Shown: one piece after another, positions 24,201 to 36,100 of the stretch
How positions within the stretch are numbered: the first letter of the stretch is position 1
Layout: every line of letters starts with the position of its first letter
Origin: Cyanophora paradoxa CCMP329
Lineage: Eukaryota; Plantae; Glaucophyta
Direction: 5' to 3'
Length of the DNA stretch: 64,000 nucleotides
Assembly: GCA_004431415.1 (NCBI GenBank)
Contig: QPMI01000526.1
Coordinates: 186,001-250,000 of the forward strand
Notes under the pieces: generated by a model
What the model was told of the DNA's origin: nothing
Database searches by the model: none
What the model saw: only the letters and a program-made list of their open reading frames with translations
Translations under genes and position numbers: made by a program

Positions 24201-26564
24201 GAGCAGCGCCTCCTCGAGCAGCTGCGGCAGCCGGCCGCCCCGCTGAAGATTGCGATGGAGTGCGCCGAGGACCGCAAGGGGCCATCGCGCGAGTTCTATG
24301 CGCTGGTGTGGGATCGGAATTCCACGGGAATCTTTAATTTCTTCGTTCCTGTGGGCCTCATGATCGGAGTGTCGCCGCAGTTTTTCGAGGAGCTGGTGAA
24401 GAAGCAGCTGGTAGAGGAACCGATGCAGCGGGCGCCGGGCGTGCTGCCGCCGGCAAGCGTCAGCGCTAGCGCTGCACCGGTACCTGTTGTGCCGGCGCCG
24501 GCGCCGGCACCGGCCCCGCAGCCGCGCCGCAAGAGGACCGTCATCTTTGACTCGGAGGACGAGGGCGAGAGCGGCGAAGACGGCAGTAGCCCGCAGGGCG
24601 AGAATCCGAAGCGTGTTCGGCTGGAGGGAGGGCAGGCGGCAGCGTCGGGGTCGGGCGGCGGGCAGCGCCGGAGCGGGCGCGGCCAAATGAGCTCCAATTC
24701 GAAGCGTGCCAACGTCGTCGATCGCGCGCTGCTCACGAAGTACCGATTCATCGGTGCCATCATCGGCCGAGGTGCTCCCTCGTTCTTTATGGGGAAATCT
24801 ATTTATGTGCCGATCTCATTAATTAATCTCATTTCTACTTTCTACTTGTGCCGAAAATCTACTTTTTAGGTGCTACCTCGTTAATTTATTCGCCGATATC
24901 GATCGCGAGGCTTGCCTTGACGCCGTTCATTTTCAGCGCTGCTCGAGCGGATTCTCGACCCGAAGGGCACGGATCCCATCCCGGCTGCGTTCGTCCCCAT
25001 GATACCTATGCTGTCCGGCAAACAGGTGCGGGCAAGAATATTAATTCGGAAGTCCGCTTTCGTTCCTGGCTCTGATCGCTGGCCCCGGCCCGCATGCGCA
25101 GCGGGACGCGTGCGCCACAGCGGAAGAGGCGCTCGCGCTCTGGCAGCCGTTCCTCGACCCCGTAAGCAATATATATTTGCATTCGAACCGGTACCCTTTT
25201 ATGAACTTTTTTTGCGGGCGCTTCAACGCCGCCGCAGCAAGTGCACGTCTCGATGGCCAGGATCCTCGCCGAGCCGGTACGCGGCGCTGGTCACAGCCCC
25301 GCGCTAGATTGCTGCTGAAGTCTCTGCAGGTCTCGCCGGAGGCCCCCGTGCCGATGGACCCGTACCTCCAGGGCTGCCCCGCCTTCAGCGGCGAGGAGGT
25401 GCCTCGAGCTCGCCTCTCTAAGGTTAAGCTTTTCGCCGCTGACGTCCTGCAGCTGACGGAGGCGAACAAGCGAGACCTCGTTCGGCTCGCGGCGCAGTGG
25501 CAGTGCGTAGGCCGGCGTCAGCCGCTCCTCGAGGCGATGCGAGTGCGTCGCGCTCGATTCGTCTTCAACCGTCTCTAAGCGTCGCCGTTCTCCGCCCGCA
25601 GGAGGGGTTCCAGGGCGTCTTCACGCGGCCGGAGGCGAGCAAGAAGGGCCCAGAGGCGGCGGCGGGCGCGGCGGACGCGCTGGAGGCGGTCGGGCTGCTC
25701 GGCGCCGACGACTGGGCCGCCCTCGTCGGCGGTGCGCCGCCAACCGACCCCGCGCAGCGCGGCCCGCGCGCCCTCACGCCGCGCGCGCAGGCGAGGCGTG
25801 GACGGCCGAGACGCTCATCGCGAACGTGCACAACCGGCATCGCTTTGATTTTTTTCACTCGCTTCCATTCACATGTCCGCTCTCAGATGCGATTCCACGG
25901 CGACTGGCGGCATTTCGAAGAGGTGAATGACGATGACGATGTCTTTGTCCTCAACTCGTGCCCTGTCCCCTCTCACCCCGCGCGGCCCCTCCCGCCCCGC
26001 CCCGCAGGACCGGACCCTGGTCGAGCGGTGGCTCTTCGACGCGCTTCGGGCGGGCGAAGTGGACCCGTCGCAGTTCGCCCGCTGCATCGGTGCGGTTGCT
26101 CTTTCACGTCGTGCGGCGGCCGCTGCATGTGATTCGCGCTGCAGGCCGCGCCTCCGCGCCGGCGAGCGGGAAGCTCGAAAGGTGAGCTTTTCCAAGTTTA
26201 AACTTAGGTCATTTCATTGCCAGATTCATTAATATTCGTGGCCCCGCAGGCCCCTCACGATCGCGCCGAAGACGAACACGGTGAAGGACGGGGCCGGGCG
26301 CCGGCGGGCCGTGCTGGTGCCCTGGTCCGACAAGGAGTGGGGCCTCGCCTTCCGCACCTGCTTCGACGAGGCACGCCCCGCCCCCCGCCGCCCCGCGCGC
26401 TCGCTCGGCCTCGCGGTTTGAACTTGGGGGGGCAGGTGGAGATCCCGGGGGTGCACGTGCCGTCGGGGGCGGCGGGGGCGGAGGAGCTCGAGGAGCGGCG
26501 GCGGCTTTTCGTGGGAGCAATCCGCAGGAGCGTCGATCTCGCGTTGGACTTCAACGACGGCTAG
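21240..26564 (+). CDS. Coiled-coil + HECT E3 ubiquitin ligase, copy 2 (multi-exon, start uncertain)
   Basis: Same HECT motifs as copy 1, including AFRTCFDE at ~26347-26370. Stop TAG at 26562-26564. Confidence 0.7.
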
Positions 26565-27200
26565 TTATATATATATAGTTTTAGTTTACATTCGAATTTC
26601 CTTTCAAAAACCTTTCAAAAACAGCGGGCCCCTACCTGCCCGCACCCTGCAGCTGCATCAGCTTTATTACGCTGCTCATTATTACCCTGCATCGCACCCT
26701 GCAGCTGCATCATCTGGTTTCTGTTCGAGATAGCTATAGACTCTACACAGGCAGCCCTGGCCATGGCAGAATTCAGACAGACTCAATAAATCCGAATGAT
26801 TGTGCACACATGAACGCCTTTCTAACTTCCGACTTCGTATCAGAATCGACTTCATGGTGGCGGGGTGCGGGGGCGGGCGGGCCGGGGCGCTGGCCGAGGC
26901 ATCGAGGGCGGCCGGAAGAGCGGCAGCGGCCTCTGGCGCCCTCGCTGAGCGCCGGCGGCCCCGCGAGCGGCGGGCGCCGTGCAGACTCCGGCGGGCGCCG
27001 CCCGTCGGGGGAGCGCCGCCAGAACGGAGTGAAGGGGCGGGAGGAGAGTGTGCCGGGGTACGGCGGCAGGGAGATCTAGAGGATGCGCGCCGGGTAAGAC
27101 GGGAGGGATCGGGGGGGGGGGAACGTTAGTAAGGGGTAGATAAGCTTTAGGGACGCATTCCTGCGCGGGGCCCGAAATCTCAGCCAAAATCGAATCGACG
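22738..27200 (+). repeat. Segmental duplication, copy B
   Basis: Colinear similarity to 12200-17435. Confidence 0.9.
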
Positions 27201-27654
27201 AGGGGGGAGGGGCGGGGGGGAGGGAGGGGGAGAGGGGGGAAGCGGAGGTTGGAGGGGGGCGGGGGGTGAGAGAGGGGGAGGACGGAGAGGGGGAGGGGGG
27301 CGGGGGGGGGGGGGGGGGGGGGGGGGGCGGGGAGGAGGAACAAGTCTGAAAGGAAATGAAACTGAGAGGAATCTGAGCAGAAGGGATCGAGGTCTGTAAG
27401 GGTTTAATTAACCAGGAGAATAAGCGAAATCATGAGAGGGAACTAAAGCTTCATTATATATAAGGAGATTTGCACGGACAGGATCGATAATTTAATTTGA
27501 GAAAAGAAAACATGTACGGAACGAACGTGAGTGGCGCGTGTTAATTGGAACGAAAAGGGAGCAGGCCGGACCCTCGCGATCGGACCGGAGTAGATTTGCG
27601 AGATCGACTTTCAGAAGCTGGCTTCTAACGTACCGTAGTAGTACGCCGCTGCTG

Positions 27655-27660
27655 GAGGCG
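27655..27660 (+). repeat. Target-site duplication GAGGCG (left; right copy 38948-38953)
   Basis: An identical hexamer directly abuts both TIR ends. 6-bp TSDs are typical of Polinton integrases. Confidence 0.95.
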
Positions 27661-28017
27661 AAAAAATGTAAATTGGGCATACTGCCCCACGAAATTATAT
27701 ATGGTAATAAAATCGAATAAACTCTCATTTTTTCATGTTTTCAACAAACATTTCAACAAAACAAACCATTCTCAGTAACCCAATCACCAATCTCAGTAAA
27801 TCTCAGTAAGCATCATTTACAAAATTCGATGTTATATCATTGGCATACTGCCCCACGAGATTATATATGGTAATAAAATCGAATAAACTTTAAACTTTTC
27901 GATATTCCACAAACGTTTCGACAAAAACAAACCATTCACAGTAACCACACAAAACAAAACGTTTAATCTCAGTAAGCCTCAGTAACAACAATCGATGTTA
28001 TATCATAATCTCGATTA
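27661..28017 (+). repeat. Left terminal inverted repeat (357 bp) of element 1
   Basis: Begins AAAAAATGTAAATTGGGCATACTGCCCC and is the reverse complement of 38591-38947. Confidence 0.97.
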
Positions 28018-28141
28018 ATTATATTTAATCGAAGTAACATCCTTTTTATCCGCCGTGTCTCCCATCAATTTTAAACGTAATCGAATTTTACCCGATCCAA
28101 AAAATGACGACTGTTTTTAAATTTACCATATCGATCTGTAA

Positions 28142-28435
28142 ATGACAACCATAATACCCGAAGATGTTAAACAAATTCTTCAAGATATGCCTTTAATTCC
28201 AGATGAGCAACAATTAAGCGAATTGATTGAGAAAACCGCTAATAGCGTTGGTTTAGATGTTAACAAACTTCCAAGTAAATATAAAACAAATTTTATGAAA
28301 GGCTTCGTATCTACCATGGAAACTTTGAACAGACACCAATACTCACAAATATTAGAAAATCGACATGATGTCAACCATACACGCTGTAAATTACGTAGGA
28401 AATTGATTATGAAAAATGCAATGGACAAAAAATGA
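28142..28435 (+). CDS. Hypothetical viral protein (97 aa)
   Basis: ATG ORF with an AT-rich leader, converging on the ATPase gene. No recognisable motif. Confidence 0.65.
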   Translation: MTTIIPEDVKQILQDMPLIPDEQQLSELIEKTANSVGLDVNKLPSKYKTNFMKGFVSTMETLNRHQYSQILENRHDVNHTRCKLRRKLIMKNAMDKK

Positions 28436-28456
28436 GTTTCAAACATTCCTTGTTAT

Positions 28457-29224
28457 CTAAACTGTTATTGTTGTGGGTTCATTACTTATTCTTACTGATT
28501 CTCTCTTTTTTATCGCTCTGCGCTTCACAAACTTCTTAAAGCCCTTTATATCATCATCTGTTAATATTGCCCGGTCTGTGTATACTTTTATATCATACCC
28601 TTGCAATCCAGTTATGACTGTTTGGTAGTTATAACCCCACAGTCTATGCAATTCCTTGTAGGTCTTTTTATCAAGACCCCCATTATACTCATCATAAGCG
28701 CAGTTAAACTCCTTCTCATTCCCGAGAATATTGAAAAATACTACGAACTCAACATTTCGACGAATCGTAGTAGAAATTGAGCATAAACGTTGAGTATTAA
28801 TAATTACTGTAATCGAATAATGACGGGCTGTAGTGATCAATTTAGATAACACAGCCGAATTATGCATATCTAAATTGGAACCGATCATATCATCAAGTAT
28901 AATAACAAGATTGTTGCGTTTTTCATTATTTTCGATTCGTTTCTTTTGCATGCTAATGAGTTTCACTACTACATTATCGTCCCATTCCTCATAGATATTA
29001 TCAGGATGCGTTATATCTCTGAATTGACCTGTAAACGCAGTAGAACTAAATACTACAATCTGATCGATCTTATCCCTCAGTTCATAAAGTAGATATTTGC
29101 AGTAGGTTGTCTTACCAGAATTGCTGCGCCCACATAATAAAAACCGAGTGCTTAATTTAACTGTTCTTGCAGGCTCAAACTCCGGGATGTCATTCAAATC
29201 AATATCCATTCCTGTGTTATCCAT
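28457..29224 (-). CDS. A32/FtsK-like DNA packaging ATPase
   Basis: Walker A CGRSNSGKT, Walker B LVIILDD, ARHYSI arginine motif, NTQ sensor, TTIRRN. Confidence 0.93.
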   Translation of the reverse strand: MDNTGMDIDLNDIPEFEPARTVKLSTRFLLCGRSNSGKTTYCKYLLYELRDKIDQIVVFSSTAFTGQFRDITHPDNIYEEWDDNVVVKLISMQKKRIENNEKRNNLVIILDDMIGSNLDMHNSAVLSKLITTARHYSITVIINTQRLCSISTTIRRNVEFVVFFNILGNEKEFNCAYDEYNGGLDKKTYKELHRLWGYNYQTVITGLQGYDIKVYTDRAILTDDDIKGFKKFVKRRAIKKRESVRISNEPTTITV

Positions 29225-29270
29225 TACAGTAATAAGATAAAAAACAAAATAAATTACTCAGCGCATGCAA

Positions 29271-29290
29271 GGCATGCTTGTCATGCCGAC
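29271..29290 (+). promoter_or_regulatory. CTTGT-loop hairpin (GGCATG-CTTGT-CATGCC-GAC), element 1 copy
   Basis: Perfect 6-bp stem in the MCP/ATPase intergenic gap. Confidence 0.6.
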
Positions 29291-29334
29291 CCTACTAATT
29301 TTGAGCTTTCTACTATAACGAAAGAAAAAGAACT

Positions 29335-30560
29335 TTAGAAGTTCGAGACTTTCAGGGTAGAGATGTTGTAGCCATTGAGGACCATAACATTGTGTCGTAG
29401 GGCATAGATATCAACCTGAACAGGAGCAGCATCAGTGCATCCCGAAACAGTGAGATCCATGTAACTGGAACTGCTGTTGAAGAAATCCTGGTAACCCATA
29501 ACACTGTTCCGAAGCGAATCTTTTCCAGATTTGGAAAGAACGATTCCGTAAATATTTCCATTCTCGAATCCATAAGTAGTATTGCCAACAGTAACACCCT
29601 TGTAATGAGAAGGAATGTGATTGATAGCCGAGAGGAAACCAGAAATGGGTTTGTTGGAGATATCCAGGGAGCGATTGTTGTGGAAGATCTGGAACTGATC
29701 GATCTTAACATCCGAAACATGACCACAGAAATCAGAGTGAGTGTAGGTGTTAAGTTTGTTCACCTCTCGAACTGTCATGAGAATCGAATGAACCAGACCA
29801 GAAACATTAGCGAGTGTCACCTCAACCGATTCACCAGCATCAGCGGTTTTGAGCGCTCGTGTCTTCTTGTGGATGACCTCTGTGATCGGAATGCGAATGC
29901 CACCTTGTTCATTTGCCATTTTCAAAAGTGTCTCAGCCTCAGCCGAAGCGATGTTTACAAATTGACAGATTAGGGAGCAATCCGCAAATGTAACAGATCC
30001 ACCAGCAGGAACTTTGACTATCCCAGCATCACGGAAATCAACCTCGATTGTTGGCATATCCGCCAGTGTGCATAGTGGGAAGTAAGCATCATCCCAGAAA
30101 GCAGCGGGAATTTTCACAATGTATTCCATAGCCTCATCTGTGCTTTCACGATCAAGTTCTTTGAAGTAACCAAGAGAAGCATACATGCTGCTCATGGTAG
30201 CATGATCATTATCAATCAGAGCGTTAACAGTTATCCAGTCACCAGGGATGATATACTTGAAACCACCATGAACAAAGCGGACCTCATTAATAAAGGAAGA
30301 ACCACCATTGGGGAGGGTGCAGGCTACACCACCACCAGTGGCAATCTTGAAATAGAGCGAAACACCAGCAAGGAGTTGCTTGCGAGGTAGATCAAAGTAA
30401 GCGGTATTCTTAAAGCCAAAAGTATTGCCTCGGGGACGAACTTGCTCGAGGAATGGTTTGTACTTGGGGTTGGTTCCGATTTGGAGACCAGGGATAGATA
30501 AATTTGATCGGAACCGGGAGTTACGAGGAGTTCCTTAAGGGTAGTTCCAGTGAGTGCCAT
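29335..30560 (-). CDS. Major capsid protein (putative double jelly-roll), ~408 aa, one frameshift near 30500
   Basis: ATG 30560 (MALTGTTLKELL) joins the 29335..30195 frame after a one-base shift; that frame is open upstream (FGFKNTAYFDLPRKQLLAGVSL..YIIPGDW). It aligns along its length with 62776+ (LKELL; FGKRVTYFLPRYNFLQGL; YIVPEDW; GIAIP; SIRN). Size and position between ATPase and penton fit an MCP. Confidence 0.75.
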
Positions 30561-30612
30561 CTCTTATGTTTAAAATACCAAAAGAAATTTTTAAAATGCT
30601 TTATTAAACAGA

Positions 30613-31512
30613 ATGACGCGTCATTACCTTAATATTGATTCCAGGGACCGAGATGATGGAACCCCAACGAACTTTACTTACAAAATTCCCCATGCAATCC
30701 AAAATGTGAGAGCCTGCAGAGTGACTAACTTTGAGATGTTCAATAACATTTACAATCTTAGCGAGAATGGAAGTTTGATTACAGGAACCTATGATGCTGG
30801 AGATGTAATTAAAACTAAGAATAACACTATTTCAAAAGGGACATATACTTCGGATAGTTTGGTGAATCTTCTAAATGCCAAACTAGCTTCACAAGTGTAT
30901 GGTGCAGCAGGAACTACCTATACTCGCCATTTCTACGTTACATATGATCCTGTCACCATGTTTCTAAGGTTTATGTGCGATGCAACATTTACCCTCACCT
31001 TTGGAAGTCGGATCTTAGCAAACTTCCTTGGATTTCCAGAGCGCAGACCTGACAGTTCAGAAAATGGTTACGCTTCTGCCCTGCTGGATTCACCTGTAAA
31101 ACTCGGAACTAATACTTATAATTACTACATTGACAGCGTTATACCGCTTGATCTTCTGTTCAACTCTTACATCCTTCTACATGTCGATCCACTCAAAGGC
31201 AATTATGTTAGCAAGAATACCAGTGATGATAAAGCCCTCGCAAAAATCGAGATTGATCAAACGGTAGGCAGTCTCTTAAAATATGATTCATCGAATAATT
31301 CCATGATCCTGCATGAGCAAAACGGTTTGGTGGAAGTTGAAACGCTAAAAGTTCGTCTCACATACTGGAATGGTGTTGAAACGGATATTACCACTGACTG
31401 GTCGATGACGCTTGAACTCATTACGGAAGATGATAAAGATCTGACCAAGAAAGCATTGAAGAATGTCATTAAAGAGTTGGAGGGACTCTACTTGCCGTTC
31501 TCACGGTCATAG
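30613..31512 (+). CDS. Minor capsid protein (penton)
   Basis: N-terminal YLNIDSRDR..PTNFTYKIP..IQNV, central TISKGTY and C-terminal LKVRLTYWNG..DWSMTLEL, the pattern typical of PLV/NCLDV pentons. Confidence 0.8.
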   Translation: MTRHYLNIDSRDRDDGTPTNFTYKIPHAIQNVRACRVTNFEMFNNIYNLSENGSLITGTYDAGDVIKTKNNTISKGTYTSDSLVNLLNAKLASQVYGAAGTTYTRHFYVTYDPVTMFLRFMCDATFTLTFGSRILANFLGFPERRPDSSENGYASALLDSPVKLGTNTYNYYIDSVIPLDLLFNSYILLHVDPLKGNYVSKNTSDDKALAKIEIDQTVGSLLKYDSSNNSMILHEQNGLVEVETLKVRLTYWNGVETDITTDWSMTLELITEDDKDLTKKALKNVIKELEGLYLPFSRS

Positions 31513-31548
31513 GAAATACTGTAGAATAAATTTGTCTCAATATTACAA

Positions 31549-32298
31549 ATGGCAACTCGAAAGACCCAACCAAAGAATTTCTTAGCCAAACCAGTTGAGC
31601 AAGCGGAACCAGAACGGAAACAGTTTAAGAAATCAAAAGGAACCGCTGCATATGGAACTGGTGATCTCGATAAAAATGTTCACCAGACCATGAATGCTCA
31701 CACAATTGCGCTTACTTCAAACTCAAATGATGATAATGCCCTGGTTGACCAAGTCCCACTGAACCGCATGCCTGGAGCCAAACGAGGAATCAAGAAAGGA
31801 CAGTTCAAATCATCGACAAAGGACAAGGTTGCCTCATCATCAACACTGCTGAAACTGCTTGATGGTGGTGAGCGACTCTACTCAACCTATTCCGAGAAAG
31901 ACCATCGCAACCGCTATTTTATTCGTTCAACCACTGGTGGACTGAAATCTGTGACATACCAGTATGCTAAGAGTCTTGTTGATGGCATTGCAGTAGAGAC
32001 CAAAAACGAAAACAAGATCAAGGAACAGCCAATCACAAAGGAAAAGGTTGAGAAGAAACCAGAAGTAACCCATGAAGTCATCCCTGAACCTGTTCATGTC
32101 GTGAAAGAATCACCAGCCGAATTGATTGCAAAGACCATCGATTATCAAGAGTCCAACAAAACGGATTTGCCGGTCCTCAATAAATCGATCCTCCGGGTTG
32201 CCACTTCGCAGGCTGATCCAGTCAACTCGATTCCAAATGCTGCCCCAATGGTCTCAGGGTTTGCCAAGCTCGGTATTAAACCTGGTTATCGCCGTTAA
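31549..32298 (+). CDS. Hypothetical basic viral protein (249 aa), possible core protein
   Basis: Long Lys-rich ATG ORF. Function is inferred only from composition. Confidence 0.7.
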   Translation: MATRKTQPKNFLAKPVEQAEPERKQFKKSKGTAAYGTGDLDKNVHQTMNAHTIALTSNSNDDNALVDQVPLNRMPGAKRGIKKGQFKSSTKDKVASSSTLLKLLDGGERLYSTYSEKDHRNRYFIRSTTGGLKSVTYQYAKSLVDGIAVETKNENKIKEQPITKEKVEKKPEVTHEVIPEPVHVVKESPAELIAKTIDYQESNKTDLPVLNKSILRVATSQADPVNSIPNAAPMVSGFAKLGIKPGYRR

Positions 32299-32662
32299 GG
32301 GACGGCTCACGCATCATTTCCGAATTAAAAAAATCTTGAACATTGTTAGCGCTACGTAACCATTCTTATCCCGTAGGCTCAAAACTTCTTCATTTTTATG
32401 GAGGCGTTGTAGAGCGAAGTGAATTATCCACAGATATCACTTTAATCACCCGTTCTACCGGGTTCAGTGGTAGAAACTTGCATCCGACAAGTGAACCTTT
32501 TTGGGTATCGGTGGCTTTATCATTTTTCCAGCATCTTCTTTCGTACTGGATGCAATGCGATTGGGACCAAAAATTGATTGGGTTCTCACAAAGAATATAT
32601 ACACGACATAAAAACTACTTAAAGATTTCTTAACTTATATTAAGAGAGTAGAAAGGACAAGA

Positions 32663-32926
32663 ATGACGATCACAGAAGCCCAAAAGAAAGCAACTTACCG
32701 CTACCGTAAAACAGAAAAGGGTATGTTAGCGCTTGCTAGGATTAATGAGAAACGCAATGCAAAATGGAGCGAACTCTATAACAATGATGAAGAATTCAGA
32801 CAAGCTCACATAATGACTTCATGCAAGGCTCAATATGTAAATAACACCATTCTCTATGTAAAGTATCTATTTGACGTTCCTCATACCAACCGTGGACGTC
32901 CATCAAAGTATGTTAATGCTTGTTAA
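32663..32926 (+). CDS. Small basic protein with AT-hook-like NRGRPSK motif
   Basis: 87-aa ATG ORF with AQKKATYRYRK N-terminus and RGRP near the C-terminus, followed by two hairpins (32933-32972). Confidence 0.6.
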   Translation: MTITEAQKKATYRYRKTEKGMLALARINEKRNAKWSELYNNDEEFRQAHIMTSCKAQYVNNTILYVKYLFDVPHTNRGRPSKYVNAC

Positions 32927-33158
32927 TCGTTTTTCTCAGCGCGATTGCTCTGAGAACCCGCGGAAACCGCGCTGGAAGCAAAACTATAAATCTTTCTGTT
33001 ATTTTTAGAGTTCGATGATCGAGCCAACCCTTTGTTATTTTTATGAATGCCCTCGACTGAATTAATTTTGTTGGAGACTTTTGGTTTTGCCGGTAAAATT
33101 TGACGCGAGTATAAAATGACTTAAGGAAATAAAATATAGAGTATATATAAAAGTGAAA

Positions 33159-36100
33159 ATGCCTCGCGCAGTAAGTATTCAGAATGCTAGAAAGAGACAA
33201 GGAATGTTAGCAAAGCTTGGTTACCTTCTTGGTGCTGGAATCATAAATGAAGAGCAATTTAACGCATTGGGTTACTTTGCATTTATTAAGAGACTTCGAT
33301 CTGCTGGTCTGAAGGACATAAGCGATACAATTGATGGTATTATTGCCAGGGGTGAAGGGAGACTGAATGAGCAGGATGAAATCGAGAGATTCGGTAACAT
33401 TGAGGCTATTGAAGGTGGAAATAAGAAGACCAAAGCAGAGCGGGTCGCTGAAAAACGAAACAAGAGAGCTGAAAGAAAGCAGCAGAAGAAGCAGAAGAAA
33501 GCGGGTAGAACCGCTAAGAATGTTGAGAAGCAGAAGGTTAGAGAAAGAATAGCAAAGGAGGCGAAGAAACAGAGAGAGGATGAGAAGAAACAACGAGAGG
33601 AGGCAGAGGTAATGCAGGCTATGAATAATCTCGTGAGTGAAGTTACTTGGAGGAACCAGACCAAAGATAACATCGCTTCTGCCCATGAGTTTATTGATAG
33701 GGTTGTTCGTTGGGATCCCTTCTACAATCGTTTTCGAGATGCTCTTCGTAACAGACGAGGTATTAAGTATAACCTCTACAGCATGGCGAGATATGTGAAA
33801 GTGGCAACTGGAGAAATAAGAACCATGCAATGGACCACCCCGTTCTACCTTATTGTCAATGATCAAGAGATTGTTGATACTGTTGATGAATCAATTGATG
33901 CATTGCAGGAGGTTCTTACTTCACCTGATAGTTGGAAGCTAGAAAACATCTTAACAGTTCGCTTGCAGATTCTCACATATCAGCCACTTGCTGGTAGCTC
34001 CTATATTGACCTCCCACCAGGAATCAAAAAGCGTAAAGCAGTGATCAATCCACAGAACAAAGATAATAAATGCTTTGCATGGGCGGTATCTATTGGACTG
34101 CATCAACATGAGCTATCTCATAAACACCGATATGATGTTAAACGCTACAAGAAGTATGAGAATGAGTTCAATTGGAATAAGTTTGAGTTCCCATTCAAGA
34201 ATGATCCTCGTCAGTACGAACGAGCATCAAAAATGATTGGTCGACCAATCAATGTGTATATGGTCGATCGATCACATATTGTTCCTGTACATATCTGCAA
34301 GGACCCTTCCAAGCAACATCTAACAATTGACATTCTTCTGTGGACTGTCAACGAGAAAACCCACTATGGTTACATTTCTAGCATGTCAAGATTGATATCA
34401 AATTCACACCATGGAACTCGTCACTTCTGTAAAGCTTGTTTGAGAGGGTTCACCAGTGAAACGGTATTGGAGACCCACATTAAACACAACAAGTGTTACG
34501 ATCGACCAAATGCAACAGTTGACACAATGCCACCAAGCGGATCTAAGACCAAGTGGGACCCAAAGAGATATGTTGACAAGACTGTATGGCATCCAATGTT
34601 TGTTGTTGCTGACTTTGAATGTATATTGCAAAAGGTGGATGAGACACGAGGTGAAAACACTGCAGTCTACCAGAAGCACATTCCCAGTGGATACAAGATA
34701 ATGGTGATCCACAACAATGAGATTATTAAACAGGTATTGTATCGAAAGGAGAACCCAGAGAACGATGATGATGTTACACAGCACTTTATGGAGACACTGA
34801 AAACGATTGAATCCGATTTACTTGAGAAGCTAAGACATGTTGCCCCAATGGTTATGGAACAATGGCACAAAGAGGATTATAGAGATTCTGTTGCTTGCTA
34901 CATCTGCGGAGATGAGTTTGGATCTACTGTAACCGATGATAATGGTAACACATATCAAGTTAAAAAGGTTAGAGACCACGACCACGTTACAGGAGATTAC
35001 ATTGGAGCAGCTTGCAATACTTGCAATCTGAAACGAAAGATCAATCCAAAGATCCCAGTTGTGTTCCACAATCTAAAAGGTTACGATGGACACTATATTC
35101 TGAAGGCTTTGAATTTCAATGAACCTGGCAAGGAAATGCGTTGCATTGCCCAGAATTTTGAGAAGTTCATAGCATTCGATATGGGACCATACAAGTTCAT
35201 GGACTCTTTGAATTTCATGGCTTCGAGCCTTGATGGTCTGGTAAAGAATCTCAGTAAGAATAATTTCAAATTCACCAATGAGTGGTGTGATTCTGTAAAT
35301 TATTCACAGGAACAGCGAGAGCTACTGATGCAAAAGGGACACTTCCCTTACGATTACCTGGATAGCTTCGAGAAACTCAGTGAGACCCAATTACCTCCCA
35401 AAGAAGCTTTCTACTCGAAACTCAATGATACTGAATTGAGTGATTCCGACTACAAGCATTGCCAGATGGTATGGGATGCTTTCAACTGCAAGACTCTCGG
35501 AGATTATCACGATATCTATCTTGCTACTGATGTTGCTCTGCTTGCTGACGTTTTCAATACATTCCGCAATGTTTGCTACAGTAATTATAAGATCGATCCA
35601 ATTCATTTCATTTCAGCTCCTCACCTGTCTTGGTTCGCAATGTTGAAATATACAGGTGTGGAGTTGGAGCAATTGAGCGACCCTGAAATGTATCGATTCT
35701 TTGAGCTTGGAATTCGTGGAGGTGTTTGCATGGTTCCCAATCGTTATGCAGAGGCTAATAACCCCTACATGAAGTCTTATGATCCATCAAAGTCAACAAA
35801 GTATATCACAACTTGGGATGCCAACAATCTGTATGGGAAAGCGATGAGTTTCAAGCTACCCAGAGGTGGATTTGAGTGGATTGATGACATCGAGAATTTT
35901 GATTACATGGGCTTTGATGTGGAAGGTGATAGAGGCGCAACTTTGGAGGTTAACTTTGAATATCCAGAACACCTACATGATCTTCACAGTGATTTACCCC
36001 TTGCTCCCGAATCTCTTATAATCACCAAGTCTATGATATCACCAACACAACTTGAAATGATTGGTGATGAAAAACTACCCCAGACTCGTAAGTTGGTTCC

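Noticed and set aside
27200-27340. G-rich tract as a telomere or element end
   Set aside because: It has no regular repeat unit, similar G/C runs occur in host introns (e.g. 5732-5768), and the TSD fixes the viral boundary at 27661.
55-27343. Numerous long Arg/Pro/Gly/Ala-rich ORFs in the six-frame track
   Set aside because: These are shadow ORFs of very GC-rich, intron-containing DNA. The real genes are spliced.
30495-30510. Programmed -1 frameshift in MCP1 at AAATTTA
   Set aside because: The heptamer is not in X_XXY_YYZ phase with the upstream frame, and the homologous MCP at 62776 is continuous there.
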